A stretch of DNA of 64,000 nt from IMG/VR virus record IMGVR_UViG_3300025693_000001; one strand, given 5' to 3'. Both the position numbers and the translations under genes were made by a program. How positions within the stretch are numbered: position 1 is the first letter of the stretch; every line of letters starts with the position of its first letter. Below, one piece after another: positions 48,492-57,267 of the stretch. This DNA is from a virus (taxonomy: Duplodnaviria > Heunggongvirae > Uroviricota > Caudoviricetes). Under the pieces are notes generated by a model. It made no database searches. It was not told where the DNA came from and saw nothing but the letters and a program-made list of their open reading frames with translations.

Positions 48492-49373
48492 TTAAAATTT
48501 CATTTTCCTGCCCTTAAACCACCCAGCCTGTAACCATCCATCCAACTCACTCTTGGGTATGGATTTGCTCGTTTTTGATTCCAACGAATACACCCACACT
48601 TTTCCATGTTGGGAGTTTTTCGAACCCTTTTGGTGACCCGATCGTTTGTGAGCTGCTGACATTTTGTCTTTTGTTGTGGATGTGTGTGTCGATCCCGTCC
48701 ACGCATGTTTCAGTTCTCCCGATGTGTAACGTGGATCTGTGGTGCTGATGGACGATGTTACACCAAAGTTATCCCGTACCGTCACTTTACCAGTCATGAT
48801 ATGTTTCAGTTCACCAGAAACATATCGCGGATCGTTAACATCCACTTGTTGTGATATACCTGTGTTATCGACAACAACCACGGTTCCGGTATTTACCGGA
48901 ACCAATTCACCGGAAACGTATCGCGGATCTTTGGTATTAACCTGTAGAGTATTACCGTTTGAGTCTTTTACTGGTACCATACCTGTGGTAATGGGGACCA
49001 ATTCACCAGAAATATATCTAGGGTCGTCTGTTGGTACTCGGAATGACATTCCAGCCGAGTTCCTAACCACAACAGAGTTTGGTGACCAGCCTTTACCGCC
49101 TACGACCAAATTCATGCAATTGTGGTTCTTTATCAGAGTTTCGTTAACAATATCTTGTTCTGTTTTTTGTAGTTGCACCCTATCGTCGCAATAACACATG
49201 ATTTCCCTTGTGTGATTGGTTGATCCGTATTTTCGGATCGATCGTCTGATTATTGTTCCCGATCCCAAATAACCATCATCTATGGTATTCGTTGAATGCA
49301 TACCAATATAAAATTTATTCGTTAGTGTGTTTGTTGTTTTATACACATAGTGATATTTCTTTTCTTTTGTCAT
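48492..49373 (-). mobile_element. GIY-YIG homing endonuclease with four DPRYxSGEL repeats
   Basis: YHYVYKTTN...KFYIGMHST...YLGSG; NUMOD3-like HTSTTKDKMSAA; TAAATA upstream. Confidence 0.88.
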
Positions 49374-49409
49374 GCTGCTATTTATGGTAACACTCCATAA
49401 CAGCGACGG

Positions 49410-49496
49410 AGGAAGGAAACGGATTCGAACCGTAAGCCCGTTAAGGCTCCATCTGATTAGCAATCAGTGACCACCACCTAGGTGATATTACCTTCC
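49410..49496 (-). tRNA. tRNA-Ser(GCU), slightly atypical
   Basis: Loop UUGCUAA, long variable arm, T-loop UUCGAAU; U-U mismatches at the acceptor/T junction; no CCA. Confidence 0.75.
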
Positions 49497-49506
49497 AATG
49501 TACTAT

Positions 49507-49860
49507 TTATCGCAGACCCCTAAAGATGTGATCCGCTTGTTTTTCACCATGTTCAATAACAGCTTTGTTGTAGCTGTAATCGACTAACTGATACCACTGC
49601 TGTAAGTGGTTTCTACAACGATACGCTGTACGTATATATGAAATCAACTCTACAACTGTAACATTTTCATAATCAATGTCTGCGTATATGGCATCCAGTT
49701 CATTAAATCGTTCCACGTGAATAAGATCAGCAACCATGAATACGATATCGGATAATCGTTTTCGTTGAGCTTTAGTGATCATCATTTTCCACAACATCAA
49801 CGTAATGCTCGTGTCCAACATCATCCCAATACCGCACATACATTGTGGAGAGAACAGCAT
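49507..49860 (-). CDS. Hypothetical protein
   Basis: ORF; start uncertain. Confidence 0.45.
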   Translation of the reverse strand: MLFSPQCMCGIGMMLDTSITLMLWKMMITKAQRKRLSDIVFMVADLIHVERFNELDAIYADIDYENVTVVELISYIRTAYRCRNHLQQWYQLVDYSYNKAVIEHGEKQADHIFRGLR

Positions 49861-50221
49861 GACTACCTAATTGGCCATTGTCGTGTGGTATAATCGATCT
49901 AAACACATCAACACCTTCGCTTTCTTTCAGACCAACATCAACTGCAGCCTGTTTCACCAATTTTGTTAACACTTCAGCGTCAGTGAACGGTTTATCCTTG
50001 AAATTGGACAGAAACCCCCAATATTGTTGTAACGATTGGGTATCCCCGAATCGTGTGCGGTGTGATGATTCGGTATCGTTTGTGTGTGTGCATTGTGTGT
50101 GCAATACAAACGTATCCATCATACTGCGTCGGTCAGGAACAAGGTCCCCTGTAATTATTTCCATTATAACTCCAAAATTGGTAAGCTGACGATCAAAATG
50201 TAAGTAGCAAAATGCAAGCAC
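49772..50221 (-). CDS. Hypothetical protein
   Basis: ORF; real start probably MEIITG. Confidence 0.45.
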   Translation of the reverse strand: MLAFCYLHFDRQLTNFGVIMEIITGDLVPDRRSMMDTFVLHTQCTHTNDTESSHRTRFGDTQSLQQYWGFLSNFKDKPFTDAEVLTKLVKQAAVDVGLKESEGVDVFRSIIPHDNGQLGSHAVLSTMYVRYWDDVGHEHYVDVVENDDH

Positions 50222-50565
50222 TGATCAACAACCAGCCATATGAAAAACATATTATCGTATATACACAAACATGTTTTTCCGTCTGCATCGGTTGACATTC
50301 CGCTGTATTTGTTGCTACTGATATTCATTTTCGCCCAATCTATGTGGTAATGAATACCAGCGTCCATGAATCCTATAGCGAAGCACAGTTCCATTGGTTG
50401 CTGGATAACCAACAAACACAAAACTGTACCAATGCCGTGTAATGCAGCGTGTAATATTCCACCCAAGTGACCATATGTTCCTTTGTTTAGGTATTGATAT
50501 GGTAATTGAAGTGGAGCATCAACGATGAAATGTTTAATCGTTAGTAATATTAATAGCAGCGTCAT
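50164..50565 (-). CDS. DUF3307-like membrane protein
   Basis: KHFIVD, HAALH, HYHIDWAK, DQCLH. Confidence 0.75.
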   Translation of the reverse strand: MTLLLILLTIKHFIVDAPLQLPYQYLNKGTYGHLGGILHAALHGIGTVLCLLVIQQPMELCFAIGFMDAGIHYHIDWAKMNISSNKYSGMSTDADGKTCLCIYDNMFFIWLVVDQCLHFATYILIVSLPILEL

Positions 50566-51628
50566 CTAGTTTTGCCTTAGTTAATGCTAAACGAACATTA
50601 TCCGATATCATCCACGAAACGTTAACAACGTCAGCAGGATCATGAGAATACTGCGAATCCATTAACACCTTAGCAGCACTAGACGACACAAACGATAAGG
50701 TTGGATCAGCTGGTATGAAAATTGTTTGAATCGAAGGATCCGCATGAAAGTGTATTCCATGCATACTCATTTCCGATATCGCATCCGCTTGGTTCCGAAT
50801 ACCTCTGATTATATGCGAACAATTTAATCGTCTAGCAGCCGAGATCAACAAATCACCATAACAAACAACACTAACATTTGGAATGTGGCTCAATTCTTCC
50901 GAAATTAAATCCATTCTCACTTGAGAGTTTAGTGTGTGGTGTTTTTCTGGATTTGTACCAACAGCAACGTATAATATATCGAACATTTTAGCCGCTTTTT
51001 CAGCAATATTAACGTGTCCTTTTGTAATAGGATCAAATGATCCAGCATATACAGCGACGGACGGTAGTAACGGGTATACAATTTTATCGACAGCTTCTGT
51101 CAATTCTTTTATTGTTCCGTTGTTGTGTACGTGATTGTTGGCATGTTTTTCACGGCAATCGTCTGATTTTTGGCTTGCATCCAAAATGTTGAATACGTCA
51201 GCTGTTTTTGGGCTGCGCTCAATTATCCGATCGAATCGATTTGAGTGTGTGGAACTGATTTGTAAGATGAAATCACTAACCAATACCAGGGTACCAGTTT
51301 CAAACACCAAAGGTGCATCCAGAATTAATAAACCATGTTTATCTTTTGCCCAGAGTGCGAATGCATCGTGGATTCTTCTATTGAACACTTGATTGAGTTG
51401 TTGAACAGTCCAGGTGCTTTGACACTCGACTAACAAATCACGTATCGCTTCCTTGGAATTTGTTTTAAACCGATCGATGAGATCTTGCTTTACGTGAGGA
51501 TCATCGTATAGTGCAGTAACGATTTTATCGCAATCGAACACATGAGCAGCTGAATGTTTAGCTAGGTGTTTAACCACCGTAGACTTACCAGCCCCGATTT
51601 TTCCAGTAACACACAGTACGGTTTTCAT
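50534..51628 (-). CDS. Dephospho-CoA kinase (CoaE) - phosphopantetheine adenylyltransferase (CoaD) fusion
   Basis: N-terminal TGKIGAGKST, DCDKI, LDAPLVFE; C-terminal YAGSFDPITKGH, IIRGIR, VSSS. Confidence 0.88.
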   Translation of the reverse strand: MKTVLCVTGKIGAGKSTVVKHLAKHSAAHVFDCDKIVTALYDDPHVKQDLIDRFKTNSKEAIRDLLVECQSTWTVQQLNQVFNRRIHDAFALWAKDKHGLLILDAPLVFETGTLVLVSDFILQISSTHSNRFDRIIERSPKTADVFNILDASQKSDDCREKHANNHVHNNGTIKELTEAVDKIVYPLLPSVAVYAGSFDPITKGHVNIAEKAAKMFDILYVAVGTNPEKHHTLNSQVRMDLISEELSHIPNVSVVCYGDLLISAARRLNCSHIIRGIRNQADAISEMSMHGIHFHADPSIQTIFIPADPTLSFVSSSAAKVLMDSQYSHDPADVVNVSWMISDNVRLALTKAKLDDAAINITND

Positions 51629-51647
51629 ATATTCTCCAATTGTTTTG

Positions 51648-51719
51648 AGCGATTAACGAGATTCGAACTCGTCCCTAAACCTTGGCAAGGTCTCGTGCTA
51701 CCCCTAACACCATAATCGC
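51648..51719 (-). tRNA. tRNA-Gly(GCC)
   Basis: Cloverleaf; loop UUGCCAA; U73. Confidence 0.9.
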
Positions 51720-51724
51720 AGTTA

Positions 51725-52075
51725 TTACCAGCGCGTACGTCTGGTTTTGTGAGTGTCGCCATTGAGTATTGCGCCACCAGGAAATATAAAGGCAAGTGCG
51801 ATTAACCAACCAACACCAGCTGCTGATACAACCTTGAGTACACCCCAAGCGATCGCACTCGCGGCCATTGGTGTTGCTGCGAATCCAACAACGACTTGCA
51901 TTATGCCACCGATAAACATCAAATATAGTCCAACGTATAGCCCCAGCACAACCCCAGTAAGGATCATCACCCACCCTATTAATGTTGTGTGGGTTGAGAA
52001 CCATGATGGTTTTTTTTGTTTTGTGTTAACAGATGCTTTGATTGCTGCTTCTAAATCTTCGCCATTTTGTATCAT
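51725..52075 (-). CDS. Membrane protein
   Basis: Two to three TM helices. Confidence 0.6.
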   Translation of the reverse strand: MIQNGEDLEAAIKASVNTKQKKPSWFSTHTTLIGWVMILTGVVLGLYVGLYLMFIGGIMQVVVGFAATPMAASAIAWGVLKVVSAAGVGWLIALAFIFPGGAILNGDTHKTRRTRW

Positions 52076-52097
52076 AATTTGTATGTTGTAGTAGTAA

Positions 52098-52171
52098 TGG
52101 TGTCCCTGGTAGGAATCGAACCTACGCCAATCCCTTATGAGGGGAGCGCTCTACCTTTGAGCTACAGGGAC
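52098..52171 (-). tRNA. tRNA with CAU anticodon (Ile2 or elongator Met)
   Basis: GUCCCUG/CAGGGAC acceptor; loop CUCAUAA; CCA. Confidence 0.9.
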
Positions 52172-52767
52172 TTTTTTAGTCGATTTTTGCTATTTCTGTA
52201 CGTTGATGTTTGTGAGTGACAATTCGGACACAACCACCGTAAATTTTTCAATCTGTTATCATTGTTGATCCCATTTATGTGATCATATTCCAGCGTTAAC
52301 ACTTTGCCATGCCACTGATCGTTTGAGTGACAAAGCGCACATGTTCCCGTATATAGTCCGAACCGAATAGCAACACGGCGAAGTTGACTGCCAATGCAAG
52401 TACTATTGGCTACGAATGCAGTATCCATTGTCCATTGCTTCTTGCCACGTTTTAGAGTGCGCGATATATCAAAATGGTCCATTGATATGTCATATTCTTC
52501 ACATAGTGTGTTTATCTTCTTATAGTTGAACGTACACACAGTAATATTTAACGCCTTGCATACATCCGATACACATTGGGATCTTGCTACACTCACCCGC
52601 AACTCAGGTATAGTGTATGATCGTCTACGTTTTGGTACTACCAATTTACCCTTTCGTGTTGCAGCTCTAATAGCCGACAACGGAACTTTTGATTCTATCA
52701 CCGTTTGAGCCAAACCAACATCATCAATTAGTTTCTGTATTATTTTCCAATTCCGGTGTTGTGCCAT
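52162..52767 (-). mobile_element. HNH homing endonuclease inserted between tRNA genes
   Basis: CALC..., LEYDHINGINNDNRLKNLRWLCPNCHSQT; TAAATA upstream. Confidence 0.9.
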
Positions 52768-52816
52768 ATTTCTTATTGTACTTAGGAACTTCTATTAGTG
52801 CAACATTATTTATTAG

Positions 52817-52885
52817 CACCCCCAGAATGAGTCGAACATTCCATCCGTGATTCGAAGTCACCGAGCTAGATCCGCTAGTGGGGGC
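52817..52885 (-). tRNA. tRNA-Arg(UCG) with short D-arm
   Basis: GCCCCCA/UGGGGGU acceptor; loop CUUCGAA; T-loop UUCGACU. Confidence 0.72.
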
Positions 52886-52890
52886 GTTGT

Positions 52891-53694
52891 TTATTCAACT
52901 TTTGGTGGCTTTCCATCGAATATAACTTCCGTTCTATTTATAACGGCACCAAACGGGGGCATGTGTATAAAACGCACCTTTCGGCGGAAGATATGCAAAT
53001 CCGGGTTTGATCGTGCTTTGTGGTGCGTTGGAAGGTTCGCTATTTCGGTTGGTGTAAACTTTTCGGATACCACCACACGTTGATAGAAACATCCCCGTTT
53101 AAAGAAAGCTGGATAATCGTTCCAATTGACACCCTTTTGGAATAACATTTCTTGCTTCATCGCACCATCACATTTGTGTAGCTCGTTGTGACTGTAATAA
53201 TGACTAGCTGCCATCGATATGCTGTTTTTTGTAGCATCCTGCTCACGCCAAAGAAATGCGTTGGCTGCTTCTAGTTTTGTTGGTACCTGCCACACCCGAC
53301 AATCAAACAATGGTAGTTGGTCAGCTTTCGAAGGAAGCAATGATGGTAACAATTGGTTAAACTTGGCGCTAGCCATGGATGCCAATATTGAGATCATCTT
53401 TTGTATTTTACCATCGAAGAACACTTGTTTCTTTACAGAATCACTATACCAAGTTAGTGTTATCTCATCAGATTGTGTATATCCCATGCAAGCCCCAGTT
53501 TCTTCTACCAAATATTTGGTAACTGATTGCATCAACTTTGACATGTTTGGATCGTATGGTCGTGTCAAACCTTTCGTAAACTTACTAAAACCCTTCCCAT
53601 CTAACCGTGCTACGATTGGAATAAGAGGCATGAATCGCTGAGTTGCATTTTTTTCATACATTTTCATGCGATCCCCAAAGGCATCATGTTTCAT
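52891..53694 (-). CDS. thg1: tRNA-His guanylyltransferase-like protein (Thg1/TLP)
   Basis: GDRMK.YE, RLDGKGFSKFT, YTQSDEI, FDGK.QK, FDCR, WREQDA.KNS. Confidence 0.95.
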   Translation of the reverse strand: MKHDAFGDRMKMYEKNATQRFMPLIPIVARLDGKGFSKFTKGLTRPYDPNMSKLMQSVTKYLVEETGACMGYTQSDEITLTWYSDSVKKQVFFDGKIQKMISILASMASAKFNQLLPSLLPSKADQLPLFDCRVWQVPTKLEAANAFLWREQDATKNSISMAASHYYSHNELHKCDGAMKQEMLFQKGVNWNDYPAFFKRGCFYQRVVVSEKFTPTEIANLPTHHKARSNPDLHIFRRKVRFIHMPPFGAVINRTEVIFDGKPPKVE

Positions 53695-53968
53695 TTGTGT
53701 GTACCTGTACTTCTGATTTAGTTTCAATCCACACCTTTGCTCCACAACTAAGTGGGTGGTCTGGCATATATTTAACAACACTAGGACCGTTTATTGTTAC
53801 TTCGTGTCCGTAGTTATTTGCGTTTGTTGATTTTACAGTAATAACGGGGTTACGTTCATCAGTTTTCCCGTTCTTTTTAATCACATGCTGGTTTATGTGA
53901 ATGCGTTTGATATTCCCACTAGGGATGACTGTAGTGTCCATGGCTTTCCTTATTTGTTGTCTTTTCAT
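53684..53968 (-). CDS. Conserved phage hypothetical protein
   Basis: RIHINQHVI..N, PVITVK, PL.CGAKVWIET. Confidence 0.6.
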   Translation of the reverse strand: MKRQQIRKAMDTTVIPSGNIKRIHINQHVIKKNGKTDERNPVITVKSTNANNYGHEVTINGPSVVKYMPDHPLSCGAKVWIETKSEVQVHTNET

Positions 53969-54006
53969 TATACTACAACATCAATAGGAACAATACAGCT
54001 AATTTG

Positions 54007-54079
54007 GGTGTGTGATGGGATTTGAACCCACATCTACACGAGTCACAGTCGTGAGCTTTACCATTAAGCTACACACACC
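54007..54079 (-). tRNA. tRNA-His(GUG) with encoded G-1
   Basis: Loop CUGUGAC; G-1:C73. Confidence 0.92.
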
Positions 54080-54098
54080 AATGTTACTGAGGTGCTAT

Positions 54099-54947
54099 TT
54101 ATTCCACTAGCATCGCTAGTATCATCCTAACACTTTCTTTAATACCGAGTTTATCCAACTCCTGTTTTAGTGCTTGAAGTTTATTATCACTTCGATCCAC
54201 TGCGGATTTAACAGCCGCTCGTTTATCTTTTGGTACCAATTCATTGATCAATTTGGTAGCCATATCATTTGCAGATGAGGCATGTTGCCCAGCTTGCTTA
54301 TTATCAGTCTTACGTTTTTCGTCTTTTTTCTGACCGTCTTTAAAATCCTGCTCAGATTGTTTGCTGCTGGTTTCAACTGCATCAAACTCTTGTGACGCTT
54401 TGCGTATAGCTGCTGCTTTACTCGATAGAGATTTTTGTACACTCTCCCCTTGAGATGATGCTAACGCATCTAGCAATCCTGGTAGTAACTCCAGAAGTTC
54501 GTTGTACGCTTGTGTTCCACTTGAAGCTTCTGATCCGGAATTTGCCCGACCTTGTGCATTATAGGCGGAAGTTTTAATTCCGGCAATAGCTTTTGCTTTA
54601 TTTTTAACACCACCTGGAAGACCACTACTGTTGATAATAGCTTCCAACGCTGTTTGTAGTCCACCCATGCTTCGCTTGCTTGATTTGAAGTGTTCGGTAA
54701 ACCATCTATTATTTCGTAGAGCGATTTGCGACTTTGCTCCAGCAGATGCTGCACGTTCTTTTGTTTTCTTTTTGTTGGCACGACGTAACACTTGCGTTTG
54801 GTTATTTTCGGCGTTGCTAGCAGCATGTTTAAACACCACTTTGTTTTCGTTTGTGTGCGAAGCTAACGATGCTGCTACGCTAACCAACTGGCTGATTGCT
54901 GCATCAAGCGATACAGCCTCAGATACCATCATTTCGTGTAATTTCAT
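54099..54947 (-). CDS. Ala/Lys/Ser-rich helical protein (putative internal virion protein)
   Basis: MKLHEMMVSE N-terminus; TATAAATA upstream. Confidence 0.6.
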   Translation of the reverse strand: MKLHEMMVSEAVSLDAAISQLVSVAASLASHTNENKVVFKHAASNAENNQTQVLRRANKKKTKERAASAGAKSQIALRNNRWFTEHFKSSKRSMGGLQTALEAIINSSGLPGGVKNKAKAIAGIKTSAYNAQGRANSGSEASSGTQAYNELLELLPGLLDALASSQGESVQKSLSSKAAAIRKASQEFDAVETSSKQSEQDFKDGQKKDEKRKTDNKQAGQHASSANDMATKLINELVPKDKRAAVKSAVDRSDNKLQALKQELDKLGIKESVRMILAMLVE

Positions 54948-55021
54948 TGTTTGTTGTCCCTTTAAAAATATATGACGTATTTATAAGTAACGTCACATAA
55001 AAGGACAACAAACTGTATGGG

Positions 55022-55315
55022 TTATGCGCTACGTAAAATGCCCATGACATCTTCTTCGCGCATCATCACGACCAGCTCACCTTCGATACTAACTTCGAAT
55101 CCAACTTGCGAACCGAATAATACGGTATCACCAACACTAATTGACAGTTCACGCAATTCACCTGTATCAAAATACTTTCCGGGACCAGCGGCCAAAACCA
55201 AACCTTCATTGGGTTTATCCTGCTCAACCCCCGATAGGTCGATACCACCAGCTGATATGTTGGCGGTTTTTACTCTGCGTAGTACTAGCATGTCACGTAA
55301 TGGACGAAATTTCAT
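55022..55315 (-). CDS. groES: GroES co-chaperonin
   Basis: FRPLRD.LV.RR, GGI.L, G.VLAAGPG, VGDTVLF, MREEDVMG. Confidence 0.95.
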   Translation of the reverse strand: MKFRPLRDMLVLRRVKTANISAGGIDLSGVEQDKPNEGLVLAAGPGKYFDTGELRELSISVGDTVLFGSQVGFEVSIEGELVVMMREEDVMGILRSA

Positions 55316-55402
55316 AAAGTTTCCTTCTAAAGGTTAATTGGTTGCCGGATGTGGCAACTCATTATATATATGGTACGACTGTGAGTGGTGACAGGGGCAC
55401 CA

Positions 55403-56101
55403 CTACACAAATGGATCGATAATAACCAACTGAGGTCCAACACCGGTCAACCGATACATATAGTTACCAGCGTGCAAATCATAGCCAACGTGATGTTGTG
55501 CTTGAGTCTTTCGTAGTATACGAATAGCCTCGATGAATTGTGGATTTTTTATTTTGGTTATAAAGTCTGCTGGTATGTTTTCTGGGTGTGCCAACAGACG
55601 CATTATTTCTTCAAGAGCGTATAAATATCGCTCAGGATCTTCACCATGGACATCCGTTTCCCCACTAATAAGCGACGGATCCAGTCCCATTGAGTGTAAC
55701 ACAGCCTCGTGGTTGTGTCGTAATTTTTCGGCAGTCATTTCATGCAACCGTTCCATTTCGATATACAATTTGTGGTCGCCACCTGGATTGTAATGTTTGA
55801 AAATCACTGCTTTGTAAATTTTCGGAAAAAATGGATTATCCTGATGTTCCAATACCATGTTGGTATTAGCGACCTGACCGTCAACCTGTGCACCCAGTGT
55901 TATGTCTATGACTTTTATCACAGCATTTGGGGTGGATGGGTGTTCGAATGCCTGAGCCATAGACCCACGATTCAGATAATTTTTTATTTTATCGGTTCTA
56001 AAGTTACTACCTTTTGGTAGAGGTATAATGGGAATGAGTCCGATTTCACTCTTGAACTTGAACTGTCTGTTATTTTCGAATAATATGTCGTGTACTTTCA
56101 T
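55403..56101 (-). CDS. Ser/Thr protein kinase-like protein
   Basis: LNRGSMAQAF, VIKV, IEMERL, YDLHAGNYM, IIDP. Confidence 0.82.
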   Translation of the reverse strand: MKVHDILFENNRQFKFKSEIGLIPIIPLPKGSNFRTDKIKNYLNRGSMAQAFEHPSTPNAVIKVIDITLGAQVDGQVANTNMVLEHQDNPFFPKIYKAVIFKHYNPGGDHKLYIEMERLHEMTAEKLRHNHEAVLHSMGLDPSLISGETDVHGEDPERYLYALEEIMRLLAHPENIPADFITKIKNPQFIEAIRILRKTQAQHHVGYDLHAGNYMYRLTGVGPQLVIIDPFV

Positions 56102-56109
56102 GTTGGTAT

Positions 56110-56508
56110 TTATGTACGACGAACACCAACTTGATCTTTTGTGTGGTGACCATACTCGTAAAAGTATTTGTTGCGTTTTCGGAATTTGTTATTAACCCAG
56201 AACCCCCACTGGCGACGTTCTGGACCGGTTATCATAACTGTCCAGCAATGTTTCGATGTTATCCGTACGCTGTGTTTATGCTCAGCCTTCCTAAATGCAC
56301 ACTGTCCAATCGACATCATTTCATTACCATCCGGTGAAACATCTTCGTATGATCCATACAATATGAATGTAGCGAAGTCCCAAGCGTGGTCATGTGGATT
56401 ACGGAGATCATCAGAGTGTCTCCAATGATGCAGACGAAACGAGCAAAAGCCCAAATCCAGTACCCATCTAATCAGATACGGATCATTTACCATTCCCAAT
56501 TCTTGCAT
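56110..56508 (-). CDS. Cupin-fold protein
   Basis: PHDHAW.F.TFIL.G.Y.D...HKHSV..WT. Confidence 0.65.
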   Translation of the reverse strand: MQELGMVNDPYLIRWVLDLGFCSFRLHHWRHSDDLRNPHDHAWDFATFILYGSYEDVSPDGNEMMSIGQCAFRKAEHKHSVRITSKHCWTVMITGPERRQWGFWVNNKFRKRNKYFYEYGHHTKDQVGVRRT

Positions 56509-56509
56509 A

Positions 56510-56776
56510 TTAGCTAACTACCCTGTCCTTAGACGGGGTACCATCAAAATAACAAAGGTGCTTTTCCGCTTCGGCTAATGAATAAAAATCATCTCGGCAC
56601 GCAGCACCAAGCATACTATTGAGCCACGCATCCACCCACATCCAGCGAAACAAAAAATGTTTCTGTTGAATAACCCACTTGATTTCCCCTGAGGGGCTGG
56701 TGCGTTCTATTATTCTAACTAGGTTTGCCATGGTTTGTGTCCTCATGTGGTGAAGGTAAGCTGCCGATGCGACCAT
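56510..56776 (-). CDS. Hypothetical protein
   Basis: ORF; real start probably MANLV. Confidence 0.5.
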   Translation of the reverse strand: MVASAAYLHHMRTQTMANLVRIIERTSPSGEIKWVIQQKHFLFRWMWVDAWLNSMLGAACRDDFYSLAEAEKHLCYFDGTPSKDRVVS

Positions 56777-57041
56777 TTAACTCAAATCTCTCCGTAGATC
56801 AATTAGTTTGAGCACTCTTTACTGGCAATCTGCCACAACCTTAAAATTGGTGTTGTTGATTATTTAACTCGTTTGACTGTGAATTTGTCTGTCAGTGATG
56901 ATCCGTCGTGTATACGTTTTGCAGATACGAGACGTTTGTATTCGTTATCCGCTCCTTGTTGTATACCGTTTGATTACTTTGTCACCATTCTGGAATTGTA
57001 CTTCTACCGCTAATTTCTTCATAGTCGTCATTGATAAACGT

Positions 57042-57231
57042 TGGTCCACAGGGTCGGACTCGAACCACTCGAACATGGAGTTACCTGCTACTCATCAAAG
57101 GCTCACCGTCGTGAGACATCTCGAATTTTCGTCAGATTCCATACTCTATCACATCTGCATTCTGTAGTATAAGTGCTCTACCGTCGTGGTGCACTTAAAA
57201 ACGCCGCTCTACCAAATTGAGCTACCCGTGG
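57042..57231 (-). ncRNA. 190-nt tRNA-like RNA with a ~115-nt structured insertion in place of the anticodon arm
   Basis: CCACGGG/CCUGUGG acceptor, A73-CCA, canonical D-arm, UUCGAGU T-loop; promoter TTGACA-N17-TATAAT at 57271-57243. Confidence 0.7.
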
Positions 57232-57267
57232 AATAAGTGTATATTATATGATGGAATACCATCGATG

